Assembly (NCBI GenBank): GCA_963575745.1
Contig: CAUYUJ010000137.1
Location: 186,001 to 250,000, forward strand
Length of the DNA stretch: 64,000 nucleotides
DNA from: Prorocentrum cordatum
Lineage: Eukaryota
Direction: 5' to 3'
Program-made: the position numbers and the translations under genes
In this document: positions 25,901 through 37,302 of the stretch, one piece after another
How the letters are laid out: the number at the start of each line of letters is the position of its first letter
Numbering within the stretch: the stretch's first letter is position 1
The notes under the pieces: model-generated
Seen by the model: the letters and a program-made list of their open reading frames with translations, nothing else
Told to the model about the DNA's origin: nothing
Database searches by the model: none

Positions 25901-27078
25901 CCGCTATCCACGACACTGGCGCAAAGCCTAGCAGGCGTGGCACTTTCTCGACACCACAGGGGGTGCGCAGGGGGTGGTCTCTCAGCTCGGCCGCTATCCA
26001 CGACACTGGCGCAAAGCCTAGCAGGCGTGGCACTTTCTCGACACCACAGGGGGTGCGCAGGGGGTGGTCTCTCAGCTCGGCCGCTATCCACGACACTGGC
26101 GCAAAGCCTAGGGGGTGCGCAGGGGAGCTGGTTTTTCTCGACACCACAGGGGGTGCGCAGGGGGTGGTCTCTCAGCTCATCCACGACACTGGCGCAAAGC
26201 CTAGCAGGCGTGGCACTTTCTCGACACCACAGGGGGTGCGCAGGGGGTGGTCTCTCAGCTCGGCCGCTATCCACGACACTGGCGCAAAGCCTAGCAGGCG
26301 TGGCACTTTCTCGACACCACAGGGGGTGCGCAGGGGGTGGTCTCTCAGCTCGGCCGCTATCCACGACACTGGCGCAAAGCCTAGCAGGCGTGGCACTTTC
26401 TCGACACCACAGGGGGTGCGCAGGGGGTGGTCTCTCAGCTCGGCCGCTATCCACGACACTGGCGCAAAGCTTTGCAGCCGTGGCACTTTCTCGACACCAC
26501 AGGGGGTGCGCAGGGGGTGGTCTCTCAGCTCGGCCGCTATCCACGACACTGGCGCAAAGCCCAGCAGGCGTGGCACTTTCTCGACACCACAGGGGGTGCG
26601 CAGGGGGTGGTCTCTCAGCTCGGCCGCTATCCACGACACTGTCGCAAAGCCTAGTAGGCGTGCACTTTCTCGACACCACAGGGGGTGCGCAGGGGGTGGT
26701 CTCTCAGCTCGGCCGCCATCCACGACACTGGCGCAAAGCCTAGCAGGCGTGGCACTTTCTCGACACCAAAGGGGGTGCGGGGGTGGTCTCTCAGCTCGGC
26801 CGCTATCCACGACACTGGCGCAAAGCAGCCGTGGCAGCAGGGGGTGCGCAGGGGTGGTCTCTCAGCTCGGCCGCTATCCACGACACTGGCTTTGCAGCCG
26901 TGGCACTTTCTCGACACCACAGGGGGTGCGCAGGGGGTGGTCTCTCAGCTCGGCCGCTATCCACGACACTGGCGCAAAGGCTAGCAGGCGTGGCACCTTC
27001 TCGACACCACAGGGGGTGCGCACGGGGTGGTCTCTCAGCTCGGCCGCTATCCACGACACTGGCGCAAAGCCTAGCAGG
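22936..27078. repeat. 90-bp tandem satellite, ~46 copies
   Basis: Unit cgtggcactttctcgacaccacagggggtgcgcagggggtggtctctcagctcggccgctatccacgacactggcgcaaagcctagcagg, mostly near-identical. Followed by (TA)n at ~27118-27180. Confidence 0.97.
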
Positions 27079-27111
27079 GAACATTCGCGACGAGGGCTCA
27101 GAACGCAGGAT

Positions 27112-27179
<68 letters not shown>

Positions 27180-27788
27180 ATACATAAGCAAACACATAAG
27201 ATTTAAATTAAGTATGTGGGGTTCCTCGGTAGCGTAATTGGAACACTTCTGGCTGAGACGGCCTTGTTCTAACGCATCGGGTTTATGTTCTAAGAACCTT
27301 GCTTCTGCTACTAAAACATGCTTGGGTTCCGAGTAGATGTCGGGGTAGGCCTATAGGAATGCCGGGACGGACGGTCCCTGCTCAACTCTGCAGCTGGGCC
27401 CGAGGCCAGCGCGCCCAACTGCTGGGTGCCGACGGCCGCCGCCGCGGCCGCGCCCAGCCCCAGGGCCGCAGCGGCCGGCCTCTGGCGGCGCCCCGCCCGA
27501 AGGGCCCGGCTAGGGCGCCCGGCTCCCGCGGGTGGCGCCGGGCCCATCCGTCGCGGGCGAAAAGCTTACGTGTGAGGCAGTTGTTCGATGGTGCTGGGTT
27601 CGAGGTGAGAGGCGAGAACTTCGAAAAGGTTCTTGCCTTTTTTGAGATCCAGGGGCCGTCATCGAGCGGAATGTCGAAAACGGATCCTGCGCGAAAGACT
27701 CTACCAATCGATGGGCCCGGCTACGGCGCCCCGCTCCCGCGGGCGGCGCAGGGCCCATCCGTCGCAGGCAAAAAGCTCACGTATGAGT

Positions 27789-27979
27789 TATGTTGCCCCC
27801 ATCGTACTTAAGGACCACATCCCAGACATAATGTGGAGAACCCCGAACCGTATCGAAGCAGTGTCGAACGAGTATCGCCTCTCAGGGCCCCCCCACATGA
27901 AAACCCGTCAGGTCCGGTACTTCTTGGTGCTCGAAATTCTCTCTGGCGATCAAAACTAAAATAGGTTGGAACATCATAA
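27789..27979. mobile_element. MITE inserted in the second copy of a ~210-bp tandem duplication
   Basis: Ends ttatgttg / catcataa. The uninterrupted first copy reads cttacgtgtgaggcagttg (~27565-27583). Confidence 0.7.
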
Positions 27980-29789
27980 CGCGGGAGGCAGTTTTCGACG
28001 GTTCTGGGTTCGAGGTGAGAGGCGAGAACTTCGCAAAAGTTTTCGATATGTTCAATACCCAGGGGCCGTCTTCGAGCTCCAGGACTGTCGAAAACGGATC
28101 CTGGGCGAAAGACTCTACCAAATGGACCCCGAGAAGGGTCCAAATACCGATGTTGAGCTGATCTTGCAAGGCAGATGAAGCCATATCCGTATGCGCAGCC
28201 TTTGCGGACCGGGCCCCTGGGCCGCGACCCTGGGGATGCCCCGCGCGGATCGTACAGTACAACCAAGGCCAGAAGAACCTCCTCAAACAAAAACATCAAA
28301 GAGAGCATCCAAGGGTACAGTACAATAAGAGCTCGACCCCAAGGAACTTCCCACAAGAAACCGAACCCTGAGACCCCGGGACGTCCTTTGACTTTTGGTG
28401 CGGGAGCGTCACGTTTTCCATCACAAGAACATCGGAACCCAGGAAACCCAGGGCACCCTGGAGGCAAGCATGGTGTTTCTTGGCATGGGTCTCTTTTGTA
28501 CTCACCTCAAGGACTGGGACCCCGGACCTAAGCAATCAGATCATCGAACAACTGTTGCGTTGGCGGCGAGGCAGGGGTCGTCTGCGCTAGCGGAAAGGCC
28601 CAAGCGGGTGTGTCGTTGAAGCGAATTGTGCCACCATGCAGGAGGGATGAAGAGGCGGAGCACGCGGCCGAAAGAGGGTGCAGAGGGAGCGAGCCGCTCA
28701 GGGGGACGGGTCACGCCAAATCAGATCATAGAACAAACAACTGACTTAACATGAACTGTTGGAGATCATCGCAGATTTCTGGAGATGACTGAGAGACCAT
28801 TCCGTGGGCCACACTGCCATAGGAGTGTAGAGGACATGGGTCGCGAAACAGAGGGCGCAAGGTAGAGGCCTCCTGCCATGGGGTCAGAGATGGAGTCGGA
28901 TGATCGCCCCGCATCGCTGATTGCATCGGCGAACCCTCCGGCCCCAACTACTCGGACCCGATCTGGGAGGCCTAGAATTCGGAAGGGTCAACCTACAGTC
29001 GAGGTTGATTGGCGAGGACACTCGAGAAGACACAAAACCCTTTTGAGGGTCACACTGCCATAGGAATGTAGGAGACAAGGTTCGCGAAGCACAGGACACA
29101 AGTCTACCCTTAGGTCGGGCGTGTTTCCCTACAGGCAGATTTCTAGCGAAAAGCATGACAAACAAAAACATGCTCAACAAAAGTCCGAGATAGTCAAAAC
29201 ATCATCCCCATACTATTGTTGACTATTTTTGAAACGGACAGGCCCGACTGAAGGCTACCTTGGGCGGCGCGCATAAACGGGGGTGGGAGGCTCCTTAGAA
29301 GAAGGCTGCTTCTTAGAAGGTCATCGCCCCACGTCTACAGAAGAGGCCCGCGCCTCCGGTGTTTCTAAGAATCCTTCCCCCCTCTTGCACTTGGCCGAAC
29401 CCTTGATCTGGCAGGGTCGACCTTAGAAGAAGAAAACAAACACATAAACGTAAACTTTTGGCGCTCCGCGCGGATTTGCGCGAATCCCAGAAATCCGCGC
29501 GGAGCGCCAAGAGTTTATGTTTATGTGTTTTTGTTATTCCTCCTTCGAGACCTACTGATCAGCCTCGACTGCACTGATCAAACTCGACGGTACCGAGCGC
29601 ACAGCTCGAGCCAGGACGGCTGCGGAGGGCCGCCCGGCGGCGCAGGGGCTCCACCGAGGAGCGGGGCGCCAGTCGAGCGCGGGGGGGCACAGCCCCAGGG
29701 TCGTCGACCCCTCCCTACAGGCGGCCACGACGCCCGGCTCGCCCTCCAGACAGGCTCGCATCGGGGAGCAGAAGCACGTCGGGAGGCTG

Positions 29790-30713
29790 TTGGCACGTCT
29801 CGGCCTCCGGGGGGGCCCTCGCCGAGCCGCCGGACCGTCAAAGAACGACTCAGGATGCAAGACCAGCCCCGGGGAGTGGGTCGGGGATCCCATTGGAAAA
29901 ATCAAAACGTCGCAGGCATGGGCCAGTTTCTTGGAGAAGGTCGAAGAGGCAGAGGTCAAGGCCACCAGGCTTATAAAACTGGCTGCAGCAGTGCTTCCGT
30001 GTTTTCAGAATGACAAGAGGTGGTCCAGGCCTCCCCGTAGCAGGCGGCCCCAGGATAAGCGGTGCAGTAGTTTTCATGAATGGGCCTCCACGTCGGTGGG
30101 CCTCCAGTGCAAGCAGTGTTTGATTGTTGCGCCTCCTGGGGACTCGCCGCCGATGGACGGCTGCAAGGGCACCCCTGCATTCTTGCGCAAGCTTCTCGGG
30201 GATGCCAAGGGTCACCAGGTTGTTGCGGTCCAGGGCTCGGTTGCTGGAGGTGGCTCTCAGATCCCTGGGATCCCCACGAGGCGAGCGGTCCAGCAGTTCC
30301 TCTGTGTTCAATGTGGGGGGTGGTCTCAGGGCCGCGGGGCCAAGTTGGGCAAAGTATGCCTCCCCCCCACAAAGAAGGGGATTGAAATTCTCCAGGCTTT
30401 CAGGAAAGGGCTTGGTCCCAATCCACGGCTTCGATCGGCCATCGATCGAGTGGTTCCGTTCAGCCAGGTGGAGATCCAGGCAACCACTCGGGCAGAGGCT
30501 CGGGTGGTCACTAGGGTGCGGATGACGGCGGCGGCGGCGGCGACCACGACGACGACGAGCACGTCCGCGCCGCAGGAAGGTTCCTCGGCGCCTCAGGAGC
30601 GCCCCGCTCAGGAGCCGCCGTCCTACGAGCGCCGCCTGTCGGCGCTTTTCGACAGGATCAGGGCTAAGGAGGAGGCCAGGCGAGGAACGCCCACGCCTCC
30701 CGCCTTGCCCTAA
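29790..30713 (+). pseudogene. 3' fragment of a LINE-type ORF (post-RNase H Cys/His-rich tail)
   Basis: HEW...LQCKQC and GHQV...FLCVQCGGWS...KLGKVC...PTKKG...KGLGP resemble the tails of dinoflagellate LINE ORFs. Confidence 0.5.
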
Positions 30714-30764
30714 CCGTTTGTCTTTTCCTATTGTGTAGTCATGTGACTTGACCTTATGGCTGTT

Positions 30765-31066
30765 CTTCTTCTTCTTCCTCCTCTTCCTCCCCCTCCTCTC
30801 CCTTCTCCCTCTTTTCGTTGGCCAGACTTCAACCCACATAGATTGCAGCGCCAATCCTTCTACTCGGAGCCGTCAAAAACCTGCTCGGGACTCGGGATCA
30901 GAACAAAGCCCCAGAGTCCAGAGCCTGGTTTTGACGGCTCAGAGGAGGAGGATTGGCGCTGCAATCTATGTGGGTTGAAGTCTGGCCAACAGAAAAAGAG
31001 GGAGGAGGGGGAGGAGGAGGAGGAGGAGGAGGCTCGGAGAAGGACGAGGGGGAGGAGGAGGAGAAG
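30765..31066. mobile_element. Foldback element with microsatellite outer arms
   Basis: Perfect 42-bp inverted repeat at 30817-30858 / 30949-30990, inner imperfect IR, outer (CCT)n and (GGA)n. Confidence 0.8.
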
Positions 31067-31069
31067 GTC

Positions 31070-31525
31070 CTGCTCCTCTCATGCCCTGCTCCTGCTGTCT
31101 TCGCTGGTCCACTGGCCTTCCACCCCAACACTGCGACAGGAGGGGCCCGTCCTGGAAGACCTGCTGCAGCTTGCGCGCGTGCCACTTGCCTCGTCACCCT
31201 GGTCCTCCTTGCCCTTATCTTCGCTCCTGTCGTGGTCAGTGTTCTTCTTGCCGACGTCGTCCCTTCCTCTTTGGCTGCGTGGGCGTTTGGGTTCCTTCTC
31301 CCTCCCCTCGTCAACGTCGGCCAACTCCCTGTCATCGGACTTGCCAGCATCCCTCTGGATGTTAGTTTCCTTCGGCCGCTCCCTCTTGTCACTGACCTTC
31401 ACCGCGCAATCATCATGTTCGCGGCCATGTTCTGTATCTGACCTCTTGTCGTTGCCGTTCGCTTTCTCTACGTCTTTGGCCTTACCCTTCTCTTCATCGT
31501 TGACGTCATCAATCCGCCACTGTGC
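31070..31525 (-). CDS. Probable exon of a charged K/D/E/R-rich protein (possibly frameshifted)
   Basis: ccgtgcag|G acceptor at 31527-31526; open charged reading frame. Confidence 0.4.
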
Positions 31526-33055
31526 CTGCACGGAATGGGCGTGTTAGAATGGTGGTCTGATGCCTGGTCATGTAGTCAAATGTCTCTAAGGCCGCCATTC
31601 CAATCTCGAACCGCGTATCGTTAACATCCCCCCCTCTCTGGAACCGATTTTGGGCAGCGTTGCATACCAGAACAACCTTGGGCTGCAATCACCGCCCCCC
31701 CCCGTGTGGTGATCACCTTTCCCTCCCCTGGAAGTGACAGTCCGCCCACGGATCCCTCAGTGCAGGATCAAACCAAGATCCCAATCAGATCCCAACAAGA
31801 CCCCAACAGGACTCCAGTACAAGCCCAAGGGGATCCGATCCCAATAGGACTCCACGATGGGACTCCCCCGTAAATATCCACTATGGGTTTTCCCCGTCGG
31901 GTTGCCCTATGGGACTCCCTTGGCCCCCCTAAAAAAAACAAGCCTTCCTCATAGGACTCCCCTGTACTGAACTAATCAGGGAGGGCTCCCGCACTGGACC
32001 TCCATAGAATTCCAATGCAGAGCCCCTGCATTTATAGGACTACCCCAGCGGACTTCCCCAAAAGACTCCCAATGCTGTGTGCCTCCCAAGCAGGACTCCA
32101 CCATCGGTTCCCCCCCAAAAGGGCCCCATATCACGCTTCCTCTCCTCCCGATCCCGCTCCATGCCAAGTTTGCGTGGTGCCGGTGAAAACGCAATAGGGG
32201 TTCCTCTTCCGCCCCCCCCCCCTCGGAATGATCCGCCATCGTGATTGCAACGGTTGGTGTGCATCGTGCGCTTTCGCCTTCCGCGAAAAAAACAATCAAG
32301 CCCCCCAGACGCATGGAGCCCAAGATGCGTTCATGTGTGTGGCCAATTCGTCCTGCGTGGTTTTGCCTTCCATGCAGAAAACGGCCCCCGTTACAAGAAA
32401 GCTTGGGGGTCCATGAACCCTCCTCCCATGCCCCCTCAAAACCACTCCCCGCGCCCGCCCGAGCGCGGTGGCGGAATCTCGCTGCAGCGCAGCTGGATTC
32501 AATTCGTTATTCTGTCGGGATGCTAAACGATGCCACTCGGCGGTTCCCGCCCTGAGATTCACGCATTAATGTGAGTGCTAGTGGTAAGCCCAGGGTGGAT
32601 CGACCATTGCAGCCCGAGGTTACGGATGAAACATTCGGGAGCCGAAAACACAGCCCCTCCTCCTCGAGAGGGGTGGGGTCAAAAAAAAAAACACCCCCAG
32701 AGGGGCGCCCAAGTGGCCGCAAGAGGCCGCCAAAGGACATCCAAGGGGCCCAGGGACGCCCCAACGAGGCGCCCAAGACGCTCCAGGAGGCCCTGAAGAC
32801 CGTCAAGAGGCCCCCAAAACGTCAGCAGATGTTGTCTCCAAGGGCCACCCGAGACGCCCCAAGAGGCCCCCAAAACTGCCAGGAAGCCCTCAAGACGTCC
32901 CACGAGGCCTCCAAGAGACTCCCAAGAGACTCAGAGGTGCGTGCAAGAAGCCTCTGTGTGACGGAGGCTCCCCGAACTTTTCAAATGATGACACGCACCA
33001 CGGAGAAATGCAACTCCCATGAGAATCGTTCCTGGATGGGCTGGTAATGATTATT

Positions 33056-33201
33056 TTTGTTGGTCTGCGGGCTCGCGAAGCAGGTCGAAAGCCGTCCGAA
33101 CACTAGTCGGGCCGCGACTAGGCAGCAAGAGAAGAGAGGCAAGCGAAGCGAGCGCGCGGACAGCCACTCAGAAGAAGAGCCAGAAACGAAACTCCCAACC
33201 C
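33056..33201. repeat. ~145-bp dispersed direct repeat, second copy ~36656-36800
   Basis: Near-identical cactagtcgggccgcgactaggcagcaaga...cgaaactcccaaccc. Confidence 0.9.
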
Positions 33202-33318
33202 AGTGGCGTGGAGATCCTGGTGGCGCTGGTAGTGATACGCGAAGCGTTGAGGATTGAAATTCCTTCCTGCCAGGCAACTTGGCGGGGTTTGCCGCAGGCA
33301 GCTAGATACATGTGTTAC

Positions 33319-34046
33319 CTGTCTCCTTCGGTTCGCCTTTATCTTTATCCTCAGTGTTGGTATCACCGCCCAAAACTGTTATGTCCTTCTTGTCTCGGCC
33401 CTTGTGCTTTCCATTGTATGTATCCTTACCCCGGTCCTTATCCTTACTTTTTCCGTTTGCAATTCCTTTGCGCTTCTCCTTGCCGCTCTCTGATTGCTTC
33501 CCTGTGTCGTTGGCCTTATGCTTACGTTTGTTGTTCGATTTCTCTTTCTGCTCCGAGCAACTGCGGCTCGGTTGTCTATCCTTATTCTTTTTGGCGGTTT
33601 TGTCCTTGGCCTTCTCATTCTCCTCATGCTCCGAGGAACTGCGTTTCGGTTGCCTCTCCTTTTGCTTTTTCTTCTTCTTGCCTGCCGTGTCCTTGGCCTT
33701 CTGACTGCCCTCCTGCTCCGAGGAGCTGCGGCTCGGTTGCCTCTCCTTCTTCTTCGTCGTCTTTTTGCCTGCTTTGCCCCTGGCCTTCTCCTCGTCCTTC
33801 TGCTCCGAGGAACTGCGGCTCCTTGGCCTCTCCTTCCTCTTCTTGCCTCCTTTGCCCTTGGCCGTCTCCTTTTCCTTCTGTTCCGAGGAACTGCGGTTCG
33901 ATTGCCTCTCCTTCTTCTTTTTACCTGCTTTGTCCTTGGCCTTCTCCTTGTCCTTCTGCTCCGAGACCGAGGAGTTCTGGCTCGGTTGCCTCTGCTTCTT
34001 CTTTTTGGCTAATTTGCCCTTGCCTTTATCCTTTTTCACCTTTGTC
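33319..34046 (-). CDS. Probable exon encoding Lys-rich repeats (KKKKERQPSRSSSEQKDEEKAKD)
   Basis: gttag|G acceptor at 34048-34047, CAG|GT donor at 33318-33317, stop-free frame of ~26-aa repeats. Confidence 0.5.
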
Positions 34047-34799
34047 CTAACAGCAACGGGGCGGGGTTCGAGCTAAACAAGCAAGAGACAACACGAGAAC
34101 CAATGTTCCCCAAGCAGTGCCTGCACTGAAGGGGTCCTAGCGAAAGTTGAAGGATTTGGCGAAAAATCCCCACCGATTTTGGTGGCACGTTGGGTTCCCA
34201 GGTTCCCGGGTTCCCGGTTCCGGGTTCCCCGGTTCCGGGCCGATTTCGGAGGGCGGCGAGTTTCCCGGGTTCTCGGGTCCCTGGTCGATCATCTTATCGA
34301 TCGGTCTCACCATCGATCTCATTACCGACTTCTCGACGATCTCATCATCGATCCCACAATCGATCACACTACCAATCTCACAATCGAACTCACTAGAGAT
34401 CGCATGAGCGATCTCGCGATCGATATCACGATCGATCTCATTGAACCGAATTCACTATCGGTTTCACGATCGGCCTTACAACCGTCCTCACTATGGATTC
34501 TACGATCGATATCACTATCGATCCCACAATCAATCTCAAGATCCATAATGCCAATTTTGAAAGCATCCACTGGCTGAGGTTTTCTCATGCGAGTGTTTAA
34601 TCCGTCGCGATAGCTGCCGAGACCGCTTCCTCCCCGCCCCCTGGTCAGGTCACGGCTCGCACTGGCGCCATGTGGGAAGTAGCCATGCCCACGCATTCCC
34701 AGGCGGCGCCGGCGAGAATCCCACCAGCCCTCTGGGCGGATGTGATTGAGAGAACCCATTATGTTCCACCCCTTTCTTCCCCTTCGGGGAAGGGTTTAT

Positions 34800-35620
34800 C
34801 ACTGTTCCCGATTACTGAACACCCCGTCCCCCAGGCGACTGGTTGCCAACCCCAAACCATGAGGGCCCCCCCCACCATCGCTTGTAAAATACCAGCGGCG
34901 GTGGCGGCGGCGGCGGCGCGGCGGCGGCGGCGGCGGCGGGCGGCGGCGGCGGCGGCAGCAGCTGCGGCGGCGGCGGCGGCGGATTGGCCCCCAGTAGCTG
35001 CCCATCCAAAGACGACTGCTGAATATGCTGAGGCTCAGGCCAGACTCGGGGGCTACGTATGTGTTGGGAGGGCGGGTGGGAGTGAGCGAGACGGCTTGCG
35101 GGCGGGGAGGGAGACTTGATCACTGTTCCCCATTCAAAATACACCCCTCCCCCAGGCGGCCGGGAACCAACACAGGTCCATGAGGGCCCCTCCCAACCGT
35201 CCCTTTTTAAAAACAATGCAAAAAAACACTCTGGCCCCACCATCCCTGGTAAAAACACGATGCAATACTCACTCGTTATCCAAATTCGGAGCATGTGCAG
35301 CGAACCCGATGCGGCCCCCCCCCCCCACCATCTTCGTCACAAAACAATGCAGGGTGCACTTGGCGGCGGCGCCGGCTGCGACGGCTGCGGCGGGGGCAGC
35401 GGCTGCGGCGGCTGCGGCTGCGGCGGGGGCGGCGGCGGGGGCGGGGGCGGCGGCGGCGGCGGCGGCGCACCCGGCGGCGGCGGCGGCGCGGCGGCGGCGG
35501 CGGCGGCGGTGACGGCAACGACTGCGGCGGCAGCGGCTGCGGCGGCGGCAATTTGGCGGCGGGGGCGGCGGCGGCGGGCGGCGGCAGCGGGCAGCACGGT
35601 GGCGGCAGCAGCGGCGGACA

Positions 35621-35651
<31 letters not shown>

Positions 35652-35836
35652 GCGGCGGCGGCGGCGAAGGCGGCGGCGGCGGCGAAGGCGGCGGCGGCGG
35701 ATTGGCCCCCAGTAGCTGCCCATCCAAAGACGACCGCTGAACATGCTGAGGCTCGGGCCAGACTCGGGTGCTACGTATGTGTTGGGAAGGCGGGTGGAAA
35801 ATGAGCGAGACGGCGTGCGGGCGGGGAGGGAGACTC
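34800..35836. repeat. Tandem duplication with expanded (GCG)n core
   Basis: Copies ~34800-35118 and ~35121-35836 share gattggcccccagtagctgcccatccaaagacg...ggggagggagact. Confidence 0.85.
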
Positions 35837-37302
35837 TTGACCCCTCCCCCTACCCCCTCCCCCTGAGCCTTGAGGTGGGGGGGGGGCGCGGGTGGTTGGA
35901 GCGTCTATTTTGGCCTAAGATGGAGCCGAAATAACCCAAGATTGCTCAAGATGATCCCAAGATCGCTCAAGATAGCCCTCGATGGCTCAAGATAGTTCCT
36001 AACAAGCCTACACGAGCCTCTAAGACCGCCCTAAGACGGCCTCAAGTGGCCACGGAGCCTCCCAAGGACGCTTCCGAGAGGCCCAAATCCTTCAACAACT
36101 TAGCGAAAATCACTATAATTTGCATTGCGGCCTTTTCGCTTCCAATGAGCTCCTGAAGCGTCAAAGTGGCCCAACAATTGCAGAAGAGAGCCCCAAAACA
36201 GGCCCCACATATGCCCACGCCTGGCCCAAGAGCGCCCAAAAGTGCCCCAAGAGCGGCCCAAAAGGACCCCAAGAGGCGTCGTTCCGGGATTCCGAAGGGG
36301 GGGGCGTAACTGACGCCGCGCTCCTGTTTGAGCCGGCCGTGGCCTCCAACATGGTCCCAAGAGACCTCCCGGACCCCCCCAACGAGGCTCAAGAGGGCCC
36401 CATAGACCCCCCAAACGAGACCCAAGGGTGCCCCAAGAGGCACCACGAGGACCCCAACAAAGAGTCCAGAGACCTGCAACACAGCCCCCAGGACCGACAA
36501 GCCCACCGCCCCCACAAGAATGCATACAGGAAGTAGGTAGGAGGTGGGAGGAAGAGGAGGAGATGTGCGAGAGCAGGAGGAGACACGCCCGACAAAAACT
36601 ACCCTCGGCGTGAATCGCAAAATGTGTTGTTTTGGGATGGGCTGGTGGGGATACGTTTTGGTCTGCGAGCTCGCGAAGCAGGTCGGAAGCCGTCCGAACA
36701 CTAGTCGGGCCGCGACTAGGCAGCAAGAAAAGAGAGGCAAGCGAAGCGAGCGCGCGGGCAGCCACTCAGAAGAAGAGCCAGACACGAAACTCCCAACCCG
36801 GTGGCTGGTGGGGTTACTTTTTGGTTCGCGGCTCCAAGGAGACGTCCAGGGAGCGGGCTTCACGGCTGGTGGGGATACTTTTTTGTTCGGCGGCCCGCAA
36901 GGAAAGGTCCAGAGGGCATGGTTGGTGGGGATACGCGAAGCGTGAACAATTGTGATGTGACCGGCCTCTCCAGTGAAGTAGATGCGTTAAATCGTGAGCA
37001 GTGTAACAAGCAGCAGCATGTGCAAGGGTTGGTGCAGAGCAGAGAGTCAAGGATTTGCCTAAGACGCTCGTTCTGGCCCAAACCTGACAGGGCCCTTGAG
37101 CCAGTACGCGCGCGGTGCGAAAACGTTCTGGAATAGTGCTCGCCTTGTTGTCCATATTGCAGATCGCCCAAGACCTAGGGAACGTTGATCAATTTCGCCC
37201 ACACCCTCCACATCTCCAGAGCTGTCTGAACAACCCTACGACGACAGCCGCAACATCAACTGCGACCAGGAATCGACCTCGAACGAGGTCCTAAGCGACG
37301 AC

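Noticed and set aside
22531..27197. Long ORFs (up to 735 aa) and a possible CRISPR array in the 90-bp repeat
   Set aside because: The unit length is a multiple of 3, with stop-free frames on both strands and frequent frame-breaking indels. There are no unique spacers and no cas genes.
33056..36800. Pair of LTRs
   Set aside because: No TG..CA ends, PBS or retroviral ORFs between the copies; the gag lies outside them.
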